IMG/VR virus record: IMGVR_UViG_3300021425_003021
Location: 41,491 to 105,490 of that record
Direction: 5' to 3' (one strand)
DNA: 64,000 bases
Source of the DNA: a virus
The notes under the pieces are model-generated. The model was not told the DNA's origin. It searched no databases and saw nothing but the letters and a program-made list of their open reading frames with translations. The translations under genes and the position numbers were made by a program. Shown here one piece after another: positions 39,918-49,752 of the stretch (within the stretch, counting starts at the first letter, position 1; every line of letters starts with the position of its first letter).

Positions 39918-40568
39918 ATGCAAGTAGAACACAAAGATATTAAAAAAGCGATTATTCGTAGCCAACATTGTCAACGTAACTGGGATTTAGGGCAAACTAT
40001 TCCTGACGAAGATTTAGAATTGTTTGTACACGCAGTTAAGAACTGTCCTAGCAAACAAAACGTTGCGTTTTACAAAGTACACTTTGTAACAAATAGAAGC
40101 ATCATCGAACGCATACACGAACACACAGCAGGATTTAAACGTCCAGAAGACGGTGTTGAAGAAACTAATAGCCAAACACTAGCTAATCTTTTAGTAATTT
40201 TTGAATCAGTTGATCCGGCAACAAAAGTTAATCCTAATGAATATGCAAATGACGAGTTGTATAATATAGAAAATAATAAAAATATTACTGCTTCTAAAAG
40301 TGTGCTAAAAAGAGATGAAAATATGGCAATTGGCATTGCTGCAGGATATCTTAATTTGTTAGCAAGTATGTTAGGCTATGGCACTGGGTGTTGTGCGTGT
40401 TTCAACGACACAGAAGTTTCTAAAATTGTAAAAAATGAAAATCCTATTGCATTAATGATGGGTATCGGATTCAAAGACAGCACAAGAAATAGAAGAGAAC
40501 ATCATCAAACTGGATTTATGTTCCCTTCCAAAATTAAGCAGGATATAGAAGTTGATATCATAAAATAA
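39918..40568 (+). CDS. nitroreductase-like flavoprotein (paralog of 34235..34885)
   Basis: RSQHCQRNWD, CPSKQN, GYGTGCCACF. ATAAATA at 39894-39900 and an AGGAGG SD. Confidence 0.7.
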   Translation: MQVEHKDIKKAIIRSQHCQRNWDLGQTIPDEDLELFVHAVKNCPSKQNVAFYKVHFVTNRSIIERIHEHTAGFKRPEDGVEETNSQTLANLLVIFESVDPATKVNPNEYANDELYNIENNKNITASKSVLKRDENMAIGIAAGYLNLLASMLGYGTGCCACFNDTEVSKIVKNENPIALMMGIGFKDSTRNRREHHQTGFMFPSKIKQDIEVDIIK

Positions 40569-40571
40569 TGT

Positions 40572-41234
40572 ATGCACTATAAAGAATACGAAGATGTTAT
40601 ACCTCTTGAAATAAGAAAAGAAATTTTAAATTTTTTTTATGAAAACCAAAATCTTGTTGTGAATTCTAATTACATGGAAAAGATAAACAATCCGTGGAAA
40701 TTTGAAGTAGTGCAACAACTCGAAAGTATATTGACTGAATTTAAAATAGACACTTCTTATAACCTAGGTGATAATATTTACAAGCATTCGTATGCATATT
40801 TTCCACATACTGATACAGATAGAATTCACGATACAATAAATGTTCTAATACCATTATTTGTAGAAGGCGATAACTATCAACCTTTTGTAGTTTTTGATCA
40901 ATGGTGTAGCGATAAACAAGCTAGAACTTGGATGATAGACGATGATAGCGATACAGAGTTTCATAAAAACAAAAGTATAAGAACATCAATAAGCAATGAT
41001 ATTACTGTACAAGGATGTACCGATTGTGAAATAGACGATAATTTTTATTACACATATTTAGAAAATAATTTTCGTCCAAAAGAATTGTTTTTCGGATTAA
41101 CCGGTCACGCTTTAAATTATAAACCTGGAAACTTACTAATTTTCAATAGTAAGTATATACACGCAACAGGAAAAATGTTAGCAAAATATAAAATTGGTTT
41201 ATCTTTAAAATTTAAAGGAAAGATAAACAAATAA
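40572..41234 (+). CDS. 2OG-Fe(II) oxygenase-like protein
   Basis: YFPHTD...PGNLLIFNS..IHATG. Confidence 0.6.
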   Translation: MHYKEYEDVIPLEIRKEILNFFYENQNLVVNSNYMEKINNPWKFEVVQQLESILTEFKIDTSYNLGDNIYKHSYAYFPHTDTDRIHDTINVLIPLFVEGDNYQPFVVFDQWCSDKQARTWMIDDDSDTEFHKNKSIRTSISNDITVQGCTDCEIDDNFYYTYLENNFRPKELFFGLTGHALNYKPGNLLIFNSKYIHATGKMLAKYKIGLSLKFKGKINK

Positions 41235-41782
41235 TGCAGTTTTTTAAAGAAATAAAAGAAATTGATCATGAATTAATAGCAAAAGAATGCAATAATATTA
41301 TTGATCAAGTGGGATGGGATAATTGTCAAATTTGTTTACAATATTCTTCTGAAATATCTTGGCATAACGATGTAGATGCATATGGCAAAACTAGAATAGA
41401 ACACGAATGCATTAACTTTCATCCTGAATTAGAAGGTACCTATTTAAAACAAGTCTTAACATCTTTAGACTTTACTGTAGCAAGTGCAAGACTTATGTTT
41501 TTACATGAACGCAGTTGTTATAGCACACACGTTGATTTGTACACCAGATATCATATTCCTATAGTAAATAATTCTAGATTATCTTTTATGGTGTTTCCTG
41601 ATATTCCATTTGTTGCCTATATGCCCAAAGGAAAAGTATATTGGACAGATACGCATCAATTGCATAATTTTGTAAATGGTGACCACGAACCACGAATACA
41701 TCTTATTTTTAATAATGCTAACGAAAGAGAAAATTATAGTAATCCGTATTTGAAGGAATTACACGGTGATAGATTCGAATAA
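41234..41782 (+). CDS. AspH-like 2OG-Fe(II) oxygenase
   Basis: ARLM...CYSTHVD..RYHIPI...HNFVN...RIHLIF. Confidence 0.65.
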   Translation: MQFFKEIKEIDHELIAKECNNIIDQVGWDNCQICLQYSSEISWHNDVDAYGKTRIEHECINFHPELEGTYLKQVLTSLDFTVASARLMFLHERSCYSTHVDLYTRYHIPIVNNSRLSFMVFPDIPFVAYMPKGKVYWTDTHQLHNFVNGDHEPRIHLIFNNANERENYSNPYLKELHGDRFE

Positions 41783-42257
41783 ACAGCACACTGGATTTTG
41801 TTATTTTAACAGTGATACAGCAGTAAAAGAAAGTCCTGTCCACGGGTTATGTCGTTATGCTACAAAACAAATTAAAAAAGATGATATTGTCTTTGTAATA
41901 GGAGGTATTGCTAGACGTCCTAGCGAGCATGGATGGTATAAAGGATTACTAATAGATCAAGATCTTGTTATTGATTTACCACAGGGAAGTGAGTATGAAG
42001 CATTTATAAATCACAGTTGTGATCCAAATTTGTATATTGATGGTCAAGTAGTTTTTAGAGCTTTGAGAAATATAGATCAAGAAGAATTTGTAACAGTTGA
42101 TTATGGTACATTTATGCTTACTAAGACAGATTACATTCCTGAATGTAAATGTGGTAGTAATAATTGCCGAGGAAAGGTAACAGGTGAAGATTACAAGTTT
42201 TTAGAATTGCCATTAAGTTGGTATGCACAAAAAAGGAAAAATAATGAATTTATATGA
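41766..42257 (+). CDS. SET-domain methyltransferase with post-SET
   Basis: SPVHGL..YA...I, FINHSCDPN, FRALRNI...E.VTVDY, CKCGSNNCRG. Confidence 0.85.
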   Translation: MIDSNKQHTGFCYFNSDTAVKESPVHGLCRYATKQIKKDDIVFVIGGIARRPSEHGWYKGLLIDQDLVIDLPQGSEYEAFINHSCDPNLYIDGQVVFRALRNIDQEEFVTVDYGTFMLTKTDYIPECKCGSNNCRGKVTGEDYKFLELPLSWYAQKRKNNEFI

Positions 42258-42690
42258 GATAGCAGATTTTTTACCAACTATTCCTAAAAATTTAGTAATT
42301 ACAGATATAGATGAATTGTATAAAAGACCTAATGCGTTTGATGATAGCGGTGAATGGGATTGGTGGTATTTCACAACCAAAGTTGATGATGTACTACATA
42401 ACTTCTTGCAACCTTATTTTGATTTTCCTATAGAAGTATATTATCAACTTTCAGGAAGACAACTAACTCCTCATATTGATCAAGGTAGAACATTTTGTTA
42501 TAATTATACGCTATTACCCGGCGGCCTTGATGTAAAAACTAGATGGTATGATCAAAAAATGGAAAATATAATTTATCAAGTTACTGCACCTTTGCAAACA
42601 TGGCATAGATTGCAAGTAGATGTGCCCCACGATATAAGCGAAATTGAATCTCACAGATTAAGTTTAACAATACAGGCAGTAAAACAATGA
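42244..42690 (+). CDS. 2OG-Fe(II) oxygenase-like protein
   Basis: ATG 42244. LTPHID.GR...WH...PHDI...RLSL. Confidence 0.55.
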   Translation: MNLYEIADFLPTIPKNLVITDIDELYKRPNAFDDSGEWDWWYFTTKVDDVLHNFLQPYFDFPIEVYYQLSGRQLTPHIDQGRTFCYNYTLLPGGLDVKTRWYDQKMENIIYQVTAPLQTWHRLQVDVPHDISEIESHRLSLTIQAVKQ

Positions 42691-43250
42691 AAATTTTAAC
42701 CACAGGTAATCCTAATTATGGATTAGCAAGTGCTATAAAAAATACCAGTTATGCAAGTAGGTCTAATGGGTACGATTTATCAACTGATCAAGGAATGATA
42801 AAATTTTGTCACGTTGCAATTCACTATGATGTAATAATACTAAATTGTTACACAGAAAAAATGAATAATTATAGTCAAGTTAGATTATTACATATGTTGT
42901 ATGAATTATTTGAAGCTAGTAAAAAGACTGTACACTTTATATGTATTGGAAGTATAAGTGATCATTTAAACAAAGATCAACCTTGGTTAAAATATATTAG
43001 CTATGGTGCCGAAAAATTAGCATTACAACGATTGTGCGAAACTATAAATCATAACAGAGAAGAAATCACACCAAATATAAAATGTACATATGTAAGTTTA
43101 GGACATATGCATACTCCTTTAGTAGACAGATATCATCCTGAAGAAATAAAATTAAATACAGAATACGTTGCAGACGTTATAGAATGGATTATCGATGCGC
43201 CAGAATGTATTGAAAGTATCACCTTAACAAAGGATAAAACCAATGGATGA
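42687..43250 (+). CDS. short-chain dehydrogenase/reductase
   Basis: ILTTGN..YGLA, ICIGS, YGAEK. Confidence 0.65.
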   Translation: MKILTTGNPNYGLASAIKNTSYASRSNGYDLSTDQGMIKFCHVAIHYDVIILNCYTEKMNNYSQVRLLHMLYELFEASKKTVHFICIGSISDHLNKDQPWLKYISYGAEKLALQRLCETINHNREEITPNIKCTYVSLGHMHTPLVDRYHPEEIKLNTEYVADVIEWIIDAPECIESITLTKDKTNG

Positions 43251-44004
43251 TTATATTGTTACTGTTGATATCGAATACAATAAAGAATATTTATTTGAGT
43301 GTTGTCAAAGCATCAAGCATTGGCCTTTGTACTCAAATGACAGAGGTAAAACTTTATTCAGTGAACACAAAGATGTAGTATTTCCTTTAAACGTAGAAGC
43401 AATTAAAATAAAAAATAAATTATTACATACAAGCACATATAGTTTTAGTTATATACCGCCAGGACACGAAACAGGATGGCACAGTGACTTTACTAGAGGT
43501 GCTACATTAATTTTTCCAATAGATCCTAACCCGCATTTGATAAAATTCAAAATTGGCAGTAAAGAAGTAGATTACTATTACAGCACACCAGTTATAACAA
43601 ATGCTGATAGTATACATAACGGTGTAAATTATACCAACGAACCTAGATACAATTTGTTGTTTCATATTGATAGACCTTATGCAGAAATAATAGATATAAT
43701 TAATAATAATGATTTAATATCTAAATGGAAACAAGATTACAACATTGGACAACATTATGATAATGATATGGTACACAAGTTTTTTGACACCCACAGTGAT
43801 TTAGGCAATGCTGCTATAATTATTACTGACAACGTTTATATTGCAGATACGCATAAGGACAAATTTGTAATTTTTATTGGCAATAATGAAAATTACACTT
43901 GTATCGATTTAAAACAAAATGTCAAAGATAAAGATATTGTAAATGCAATAAAATATATTTTAGATAGCACTTGTAATATTAAAAAAATGGTATTAGGAAT
44001 ATGA
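43243..44004 (+). CDS. 2OG-Fe(II) oxygenase-like protein with C-terminal extension
   Basis: TGWHSD..R...IHNGVN...RYNL. Confidence 0.55.
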   Translation: MDDYIVTVDIEYNKEYLFECCQSIKHWPLYSNDRGKTLFSEHKDVVFPLNVEAIKIKNKLLHTSTYSFSYIPPGHETGWHSDFTRGATLIFPIDPNPHLIKFKIGSKEVDYYYSTPVITNADSIHNGVNYTNEPRYNLLFHIDRPYAEIIDIINNNDLISKWKQDYNIGQHYDNDMVHKFFDTHSDLGNAAIIITDNVYIADTHKDKFVIFIGNNENYTCIDLKQNVKDKDIVNAIKYILDSTCNIKKMVLGI

Positions 44005-44543
44005 ACAATTATATTTTCTTAAAAGATTTATATATCGATCATAATGAGATTAAAAATGTTGTTGATGACAAATCTGGATGGATTGAAATTGCACCTGAAG
44101 AGGAAAACAGAGGCTATGTACAATATTATAAACAATATGAACCCCAATGGTTAAAAGATCAATTATTACCAATCTGGAGTTATATGGGATTATTGATTGC
44201 CTGTAGAGCAGGGGAGTATTTGCCTCCTCACGTTGACAATGGCAGAGCTTGTGGAATTTTAATTCCTTGCAGTGAAAGTTATCAAGATAACACACTTGAT
44301 TTTTGGCATATGCCAGACTGGGAAGGGGCTGAAGGCGATTGGCAAGATTGGAAACAAAAACATAATGGTCATATTGTTGAAAGTGTAATTTATAAAGATC
44401 CTATTCTGTTTAAAAATATTCCTCACGGAGTAGATAACAGAAATAGCAAACATCCTAGAATAAATTTAAGTGTATGTTTTATGCCTCCTTACAACTTTGA
44501 TGTAGTAAAAGATTTATATGATAAAGGAATCTTAATTGTATAA
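44001..44543 (+). CDS. 2OG-Fe(II) oxygenase-like protein
   Basis: LPPHVD.GR...PHGVDN...RINL. Confidence 0.6.
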   Translation: MNNYIFLKDLYIDHNEIKNVVDDKSGWIEIAPEEENRGYVQYYKQYEPQWLKDQLLPIWSYMGLLIACRAGEYLPPHVDNGRACGILIPCSESYQDNTLDFWHMPDWEGAEGDWQDWKQKHNGHIVESVIYKDPILFKNIPHGVDNRNSKHPRINLSVCFMPPYNFDVVKDLYDKGILIV

Positions 44544-45294
44544 ATTATTAAATGGTCCTCTTGCTGAAAATGATAATCGCTGCTTACTTCCTGAATTTCT
44601 AAGTATTCAAGAAAAAACTGATTATGAAAAAAATAAAAAACAATTAGGACCACAATGGCATTATTATGACAAGGAGCTTTCTTATAAATTAAATTCTAAC
44701 TTTTATAGAGATGATGAATGGAATAACATAGATTGGAAAGAATCTATTGTAGTTTTTGGTTGTAGCCATGTATTTGGAGAAGGATTACCCGTTGAAGAAA
44801 CTATTTGTCGCCAATTGCAAAATATAGTAGAAAGACCTGTAATAAATCTTGGACAAAGTGGAACTAGCACTATCTTTAGTTGGCATAATAGTATCAGGCT
44901 TTTTGAAAATTTTGGTATTCCGCATACTGTTATACAATTATGGACAGATTACGGTAGATTATTATATTACACTGATGATAAAATTAATCGTTTAGGATCT
45001 TGGTCTGGCAGTCATTGGGATAATTACAACAATGATATGAAAGCTTTATATAAAATATGGAATAAAAATCTTGTTCATTCGCAACAATTTTTTAAATTTG
45101 AAGCATTAGCTTGTGAAAACTTTTGGAGCTCTAAAACAAATTATTATCAAGCAAGTTATTTTGAAGAAACTGCAAATCTTTTACATTGTGACTTTTTTCC
45201 TAAATTAGACGTTGCAAGAGATTTTATACATTTTGGAAAATTGACACACAAAAATGCAGCAAAGGTTATAAATGAAAATTGCAATTTACGGTGA
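44536..45294 (+). CDS. SGNH-like protein
   Basis: VVFGCSHVFG, INLGQSGTS, ARDFIHFG..TH. Confidence 0.55.
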   Translation: MYKLLNGPLAENDNRCLLPEFLSIQEKTDYEKNKKQLGPQWHYYDKELSYKLNSNFYRDDEWNNIDWKESIVVFGCSHVFGEGLPVEETICRQLQNIVERPVINLGQSGTSTIFSWHNSIRLFENFGIPHTVIQLWTDYGRLLYYTDDKINRLGSWSGSHWDNYNNDMKALYKIWNKNLVHSQQFFKFEALACENFWSSKTNYYQASYFEETANLLHCDFFPKLDVARDFIHFGKLTHKNAAKVINENCNLR

Positions 45295-45955
45295 TAGTTT
45301 TGGTGCTAATCCAATAGGGGTAAAAGATTATTCGTTGTATCCTTATATTGGAAAAAGTTGGTGGGAATTGCTTTCTGAAAAATATGACATAACAAACTTT
45401 TGTGAATGGAGTGCTAGTCTTTTATTTTCTGCAGAACAGTTTACAAGAACACACGAGAAATTTGATAAAGTTATTTTTTTAGTAACACATCCTAGAAGAA
45501 TAACAATAAAAGATAATAACAATAATAGACACTTTGTAAATTATGAGTACAGCACATTTTGGAAAGAAGATGCTGAAAAACAAGGATGGAATGATGTATT
45601 AAATGCTGCTTTATATTATTACAAGTATATCGAAAATTCTAACTATTCAAATTTTCAACACATTGCATATCTTAATTACATAAAAAATTTACGTAAAGAT
45701 GTTTTGTATATTCCTAGTTTTAAAGACAGTTTTGATAATAATTTTTGTTTGTGTGATGTTTTTGACAAAGAACAAAAATATTGGAAAATTGATTATGACG
45801 TAGGAAAACTAGATGTAAGAAAAGGACACTTTACAACCCCAAACCATAAAATTATGTATAACATATTGGATAATTACATAGAATATAATAAATTTGACAT
45901 AGACTTGTCTATGTTTGTTGATCCTGATTTGCCTAAAAGAAAGTATATAAAATGA
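45272..45955 (+). CDS. SGNH-like protein
   Basis: IAIYGDSFG, SWWELL, GHFT..NH. Confidence 0.55.
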   Translation: MKIAIYGDSFGANPIGVKDYSLYPYIGKSWWELLSEKYDITNFCEWSASLLFSAEQFTRTHEKFDKVIFLVTHPRRITIKDNNNNRHFVNYEYSTFWKEDAEKQGWNDVLNAALYYYKYIENSNYSNFQHIAYLNYIKNLRKDVLYIPSFKDSFDNNFCLCDVFDKEQKYWKIDYDVGKLDVRKGHFTTPNHKIMYNILDNYIEYNKFDIDLSMFVDPDLPKRKYIK

Positions 45956-46788
45956 CTGTCTACAGTTTTTGTCCTAAACCAATAAAAGACGAATTAAAAA
46001 AAATTAATCTTATTAACAAAGGATCTAGTACAGACATTTCTTTATATAAAAAACATTGGATATCTTGGATAAAAAATTTTAGTGGCTGCGAAAATAAAAA
46101 AGAATGGGCAATGTGTAATGGTATACACGAAGCACTAACGCATCAATGTGCTCATGTACACAGTAAATATGATCAATTTTATTATTTTGATACAGATTAT
46201 AAATTTTATTACAGTATACTAGATCCATATAAGAATTATTGTATATCTCCAACTGATATAGATAATATTTTGCCAAATAGTTACATATTGGTAAGTCAAC
46301 CAAATCACGAAGGCGGCATTACTGATTGGTTTGATGATTTAATAAATCATTGTTTAACTAATAATTGTAAAATATTTTTAGATTGTGCTTTTTATGGATG
46401 CACACTTGATACTTTAGATACTAGTTTATGTGTATTTGATGCTGTTGCATTTAGTTTAAGCAAAAATTTTTTAATGGCAGGTTTTAGAGCAGGTATTATA
46501 TTTTCTGATAGCTTACCACAAACTCTAACTTTACCTATAGGGCAATACTATAGTTACAATTATTTTAACACAACAGCATCAGAAGTTGTAAAAACAATAC
46601 TTCCTAAGTTTCATGCAACATATATTACAGAAATAGCAAAACCCTTACAAGAAAAATATTGTAATGAAAACAATTTAGTACCTGCTGATATTTGGATGTG
46701 GGCTTTTAACAGTGAAGGTGAAAAAATTTGTATAACAGACTATATTGAGGATTCTATAGAACAGCAGCTCTTACTGAATCGTCTATAG
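45952..46788 (+). CDS. PLP-dependent enzyme (fold type I, aminotransferase-like)
   Basis: SQPN, IFLDCAF (DxA), FSLSKNF..AGFRAG (Schiff-base Lys). Confidence 0.65.
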   Translation: MTVYSFCPKPIKDELKKINLINKGSSTDISLYKKHWISWIKNFSGCENKKEWAMCNGIHEALTHQCAHVHSKYDQFYYFDTDYKFYYSILDPYKNYCISPTDIDNILPNSYILVSQPNHEGGITDWFDDLINHCLTNNCKIFLDCAFYGCTLDTLDTSLCVFDAVAFSLSKNFLMAGFRAGIIFSDSLPQTLTLPIGQYYSYNYFNTTASEVVKTILPKFHATYITEIAKPLQEKYCNENNLVPADIWMWAFNSEGEKICITDYIEDSIEQQLLLNRL

Positions 46789-47413
46789 TGCCATTGTGCA
46801 TAAAATACAAAATAGTTTTGTAGTCTGGTCGCCATACATAATTTTCATCTAGTATGTTTGCATACACATATTGTAAAAAATCAGATTTTTCACTGACTTT
46901 AAAAATCATATCCGGCTGTAATTTAAATGCACGGTAAGTATCGGTCATAAAATATGGAACAGATTCGCCTCGCATACCCATACGTTTTTTACCTTGATAC
47001 ATTGCATTAAGTGCTTTGTTATCAACATTATGTGTCCAATACAGTACTTTAAGTCCATTGTCTTTTGCCCATTGTACCTGGTTGGGCAACATTCTAAAAC
47101 CGGCATTACTATGTCTAAACTTTTTTAAAATATGATATCTACAAATACGTCCTGCAATTTCTGGGTCTCCTGTATAATGACTACGTTCAACTACACTTAC
47201 ACTTGCAAGTTCTTCTCCTACAAATGTCATCCAAGTTTGCCCGTCTACTGTATCAGGATCGTATTTGTCACCAGCAAGTGCTTCGTTGCCTTCGCGTTTA
47301 GCCAGCATTCTAAATTTTTCAATTAAATCTCTATTAGATGGATTGTATTCTCTAACACTTATGTTTTCGTACACTTTGATTTCCAAGTTTGCATCTGTTT
47401 CTACATTTGACAT
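46754..47413 (-). CDS. GNAT-family acyltransferase-like protein
   Basis: RICRYHILKKFR..NAGF (motif A-like), WAK..GLKVLYWT, N.ALNAMY. Confidence 0.55.
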   Translation of the reverse strand: MSNVETDANLEIKVYENISVREYNPSNRDLIEKFRMLAKREGNEALAGDKYDPDTVDGQTWMTFVGEELASVSVVERSHYTGDPEIAGRICRYHILKKFRHSNAGFRMLPNQVQWAKDNGLKVLYWTHNVDNKALNAMYQGKKRMGMRGESVPYFMTDTYRAFKLQPDMIFKVSEKSDFLQYVYANILDENYVWRPDYKTILYFMHNGTIDDSVRAAVL

Positions 47414-47418
47414 ACGTC

Positions 47419-47447
47419 ATAATAGCATATATTTAACAAAACGTCAA
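47419..47447 (-). promoter_or_regulatory. sigma70-type promoter TTGACG-N17-(TGn)TATTAT (leaderless geometry)
   Basis: Read on the - strand. ATG 47413 lies 5 nt past the -10 box and has no SD. Confidence 0.65.
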
Positions 47448-47458
47448 CTAAATATCTT

Positions 47459-48520
47459 ATGAATTATCCTATACCTGATACTATATTAGCCGATGGTTTA
47501 AGTTATAACCGAGATTGGCTAGACAGTTTGGAATTTTTAAAAAAATATGTTTGTAAATCTATTAATGATTTTTGGGAACACCAAGGAGATATCTTTTGTG
47601 AATTATCATCCTGCGAATTAAAAAAAGTTAAAGAAACAAAGTTAATTTTAGATTGCAGTTGGATTAGTTTTGGCATAGAAAAAATGTATGAACTAATTCA
47701 TAACGATTGTATAAAATATGAAGTGCCTGAAGTTAATATTGTACTTTTAACAGCGAACTTAAACAAAGAATACGAAAATTATAATAATTGGTTTTCAAAT
47801 AGTATGTATAAAAACAAAATAAAAACTTTTCCATTTCCTGTTTTTATTCAAATGGCTCAATCTATTAATAGCAGTGTAGTTGTATCGAATGTAAAATATA
47901 ATAAATTTGCAACATTTAGTAGATTTCCAAGAGAGCATCGTAATGTTATGAACTATGAACTAGTTTCTAAACAATATCCGGTAGATATGAGTCAATCTAA
48001 AATTAACGATGAGATTATGCAACAACAATGTAAAAAATACAATGTAAACTACACACATAATGTTCTCGATAAAGATTTTGTAATGGATAAAACAGATTTT
48101 GCAAATCATCATGAAGCAATAAAATGGACAGAAAGTTCGAGTAATTTTTTATCCGACTATAAATTTATTTTAGTACAAGATACTAGTATTGACGACTTTG
48201 GTTTTTATATAACAGAAAAGGTATGGAAAAGTATGTTGTATGAGCGTCCTATAATAATTTGGGGACAACCTGGTGTAAATCACTATTTAAAAGAAATGGG
48301 ATTTAAATTATACAATAAATATTTTGATTTAAATTTTGATATTGAAAAAGACCACAGTGTTAGATTGCAACTGCTACTTAAAGAACTAAAAAATGCAAGT
48401 AAAAAAATGAAACAACCAGACTGGATTAATTTAGATACAGACACATTACAATATAATAAAGAATATTTGTTATCTAAAAAATCATTGGACAAATGGATCA
48501 AACCGTTAAAATTCATTTAA
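47459..48520 (+). CDS. glycosyltransferase-like protein (GT10-like motif)
   Basis: FSR.PR.HR...VQDT...YITEKVWK...PIIIWGQPG...LKEMGF. CTAAATA lies 4 nt upstream of the ATG. Confidence 0.55.
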   Translation: MNYPIPDTILADGLSYNRDWLDSLEFLKKYVCKSINDFWEHQGDIFCELSSCELKKVKETKLILDCSWISFGIEKMYELIHNDCIKYEVPEVNIVLLTANLNKEYENYNNWFSNSMYKNKIKTFPFPVFIQMAQSINSSVVVSNVKYNKFATFSRFPREHRNVMNYELVSKQYPVDMSQSKINDEIMQQQCKKYNVNYTHNVLDKDFVMDKTDFANHHEAIKWTESSSNFLSDYKFILVQDTSIDDFGFYITEKVWKSMLYERPIIIWGQPGVNHYLKEMGFKLYNKYFDLNFDIEKDHSVRLQLLLKELKNASKKMKQPDWINLDTDTLQYNKEYLLSKKSLDKWIKPLKFI

Positions 48521-49144
48521 GTAGTAATTGTACCCTTTCCAAGTACCTATATCAATCATTTTCCCCAATGGCCTAGTTTGGAAATGTTGTTCGTTAAGCC
48601 AATCACCTATTTCTTTTGTTATTTTATTTTTTAAAGATGTATTTGTGAATTTAATGGTTCCCCAAACAAGATGACTGTTTGCCTGTGTTTTTACAGTCTT
48701 AACATTAAACTGCCCATTGGGCAAGAGTCTATCTCCTTTTATTTCTTCAGGAATACTATATACTCCACACACCACCTCATCTTTGATAAGTAAATCTTTA
48801 TAATGTGTTGCAGTAGTAACAGTATCAGGTAAGCAAAAAATATAATCTTTAGCAGGAAAACTTTGAACTACATCATTAATAAATCTATTGCCGCCATCGC
48901 TAGGACCTTTTTGTTCTAATAAATGACAAAAAAGATCGTTTTGATAATATGCAAGTATGTCCTGTTTGTAGGTACAGCCATGTCCAAAAATAATTTTGTC
49001 TACACCTGTATTAATTAAATTTTGAACACAGTGATTTATAATAGGATTATAATAATCAAACCCTTTTTGAGGAAGCATTGATTTACTAAACGGAATGTTT
49101 AACCTTGTTGAATTTCCACCGACTGGTACTAAACCTATAATCAT
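48506..49144 (-). CDS. sugar-phosphate nucleotidyltransferase-like protein
   Basis: PVGGNSTRL...SK.MLP (GGxGTRL-like), LPD, and C-terminal DIGT. Confidence 0.65.
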   Translation of the reverse strand: MIIGLVPVGGNSTRLNIPFSKSMLPQKGFDYYNPIINHCVQNLINTGVDKIIFGHGCTYKQDILAYYQNDLFCHLLEQKGPSDGGNRFINDVVQSFPAKDYIFCLPDTVTTATHYKDLLIKDEVVCGVYSIPEEIKGDRLLPNGQFNVKTVKTQANSHLVWGTIKFTNTSLKNKITKEIGDWLNEQHFQTRPLGKMIDIGTWKGYNYYLNEF

Positions 49145-49752
49145 AAATTTTCTAAATCGTCTATTCCGTCTAAACTAAACATTAATGCAATACGAGGTTT
49201 GTCGCTATTGTTGTACACAGCGTGTGGATAGCCTATGTTTAAGAAATATGCCTTGCCTGCTTCTAATACATATTCTTCTTCTTTACCATCTCGTCTAAAC
49301 TTGTTAATAACCATATCGTCGCTGTAGATAGGGCATATGCAGCGCACAGCGTACCCTACATCGTAGTCTACATGAAACGGTATCTCTTTACCTGGAGCAA
49401 GTTTGGTAATGCGTACACGACTTGCAGGCGCTTTACACTGCTCTACAACGGTTCTAATATAACTGTACTTGTAATCATCAGTTGGCACATTATACAAGTG
49501 TTCTTCTCTGCGCTGTAGTCGTTTTTTGATACTTGGTTCATACGGAAGTATTTCACTTGGTTCTGTCAAATTAATTTGTTCAAAATTATCGTAAACACTA
49601 GCAACCAGTTCCATATGATTGTCACACAGCATAGGATTAGCACTTCGAACATCGATAAATTTTTCTGCTAATCTATCGCATTCCATTTGCAAACGAGGCA
49701 AATCTATATCTAAACCTAAATCTGCTATTGTCGGTAATTCATGTTTCTTCAT
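49141..49752 (-). CDS. AspH/LpxO-like 2OG-Fe(II) oxygenase
   Basis: ATG 49752 (MKKHELP). RVRITKLAPG..IPFHVD...HAVYN...RIAL. Confidence 0.7.
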   Translation of the reverse strand: MKKHELPTIADLGLDIDLPRLQMECDRLAEKFIDVRSANPMLCDNHMELVASVYDNFEQINLTEPSEILPYEPSIKKRLQRREEHLYNVPTDDYKYSYIRTVVEQCKAPASRVRITKLAPGKEIPFHVDYDVGYAVRCICPIYSDDMVINKFRRDGKEEEYVLEAGKAYFLNIGYPHAVYNNSDKPRIALMFSLDGIDDLENL

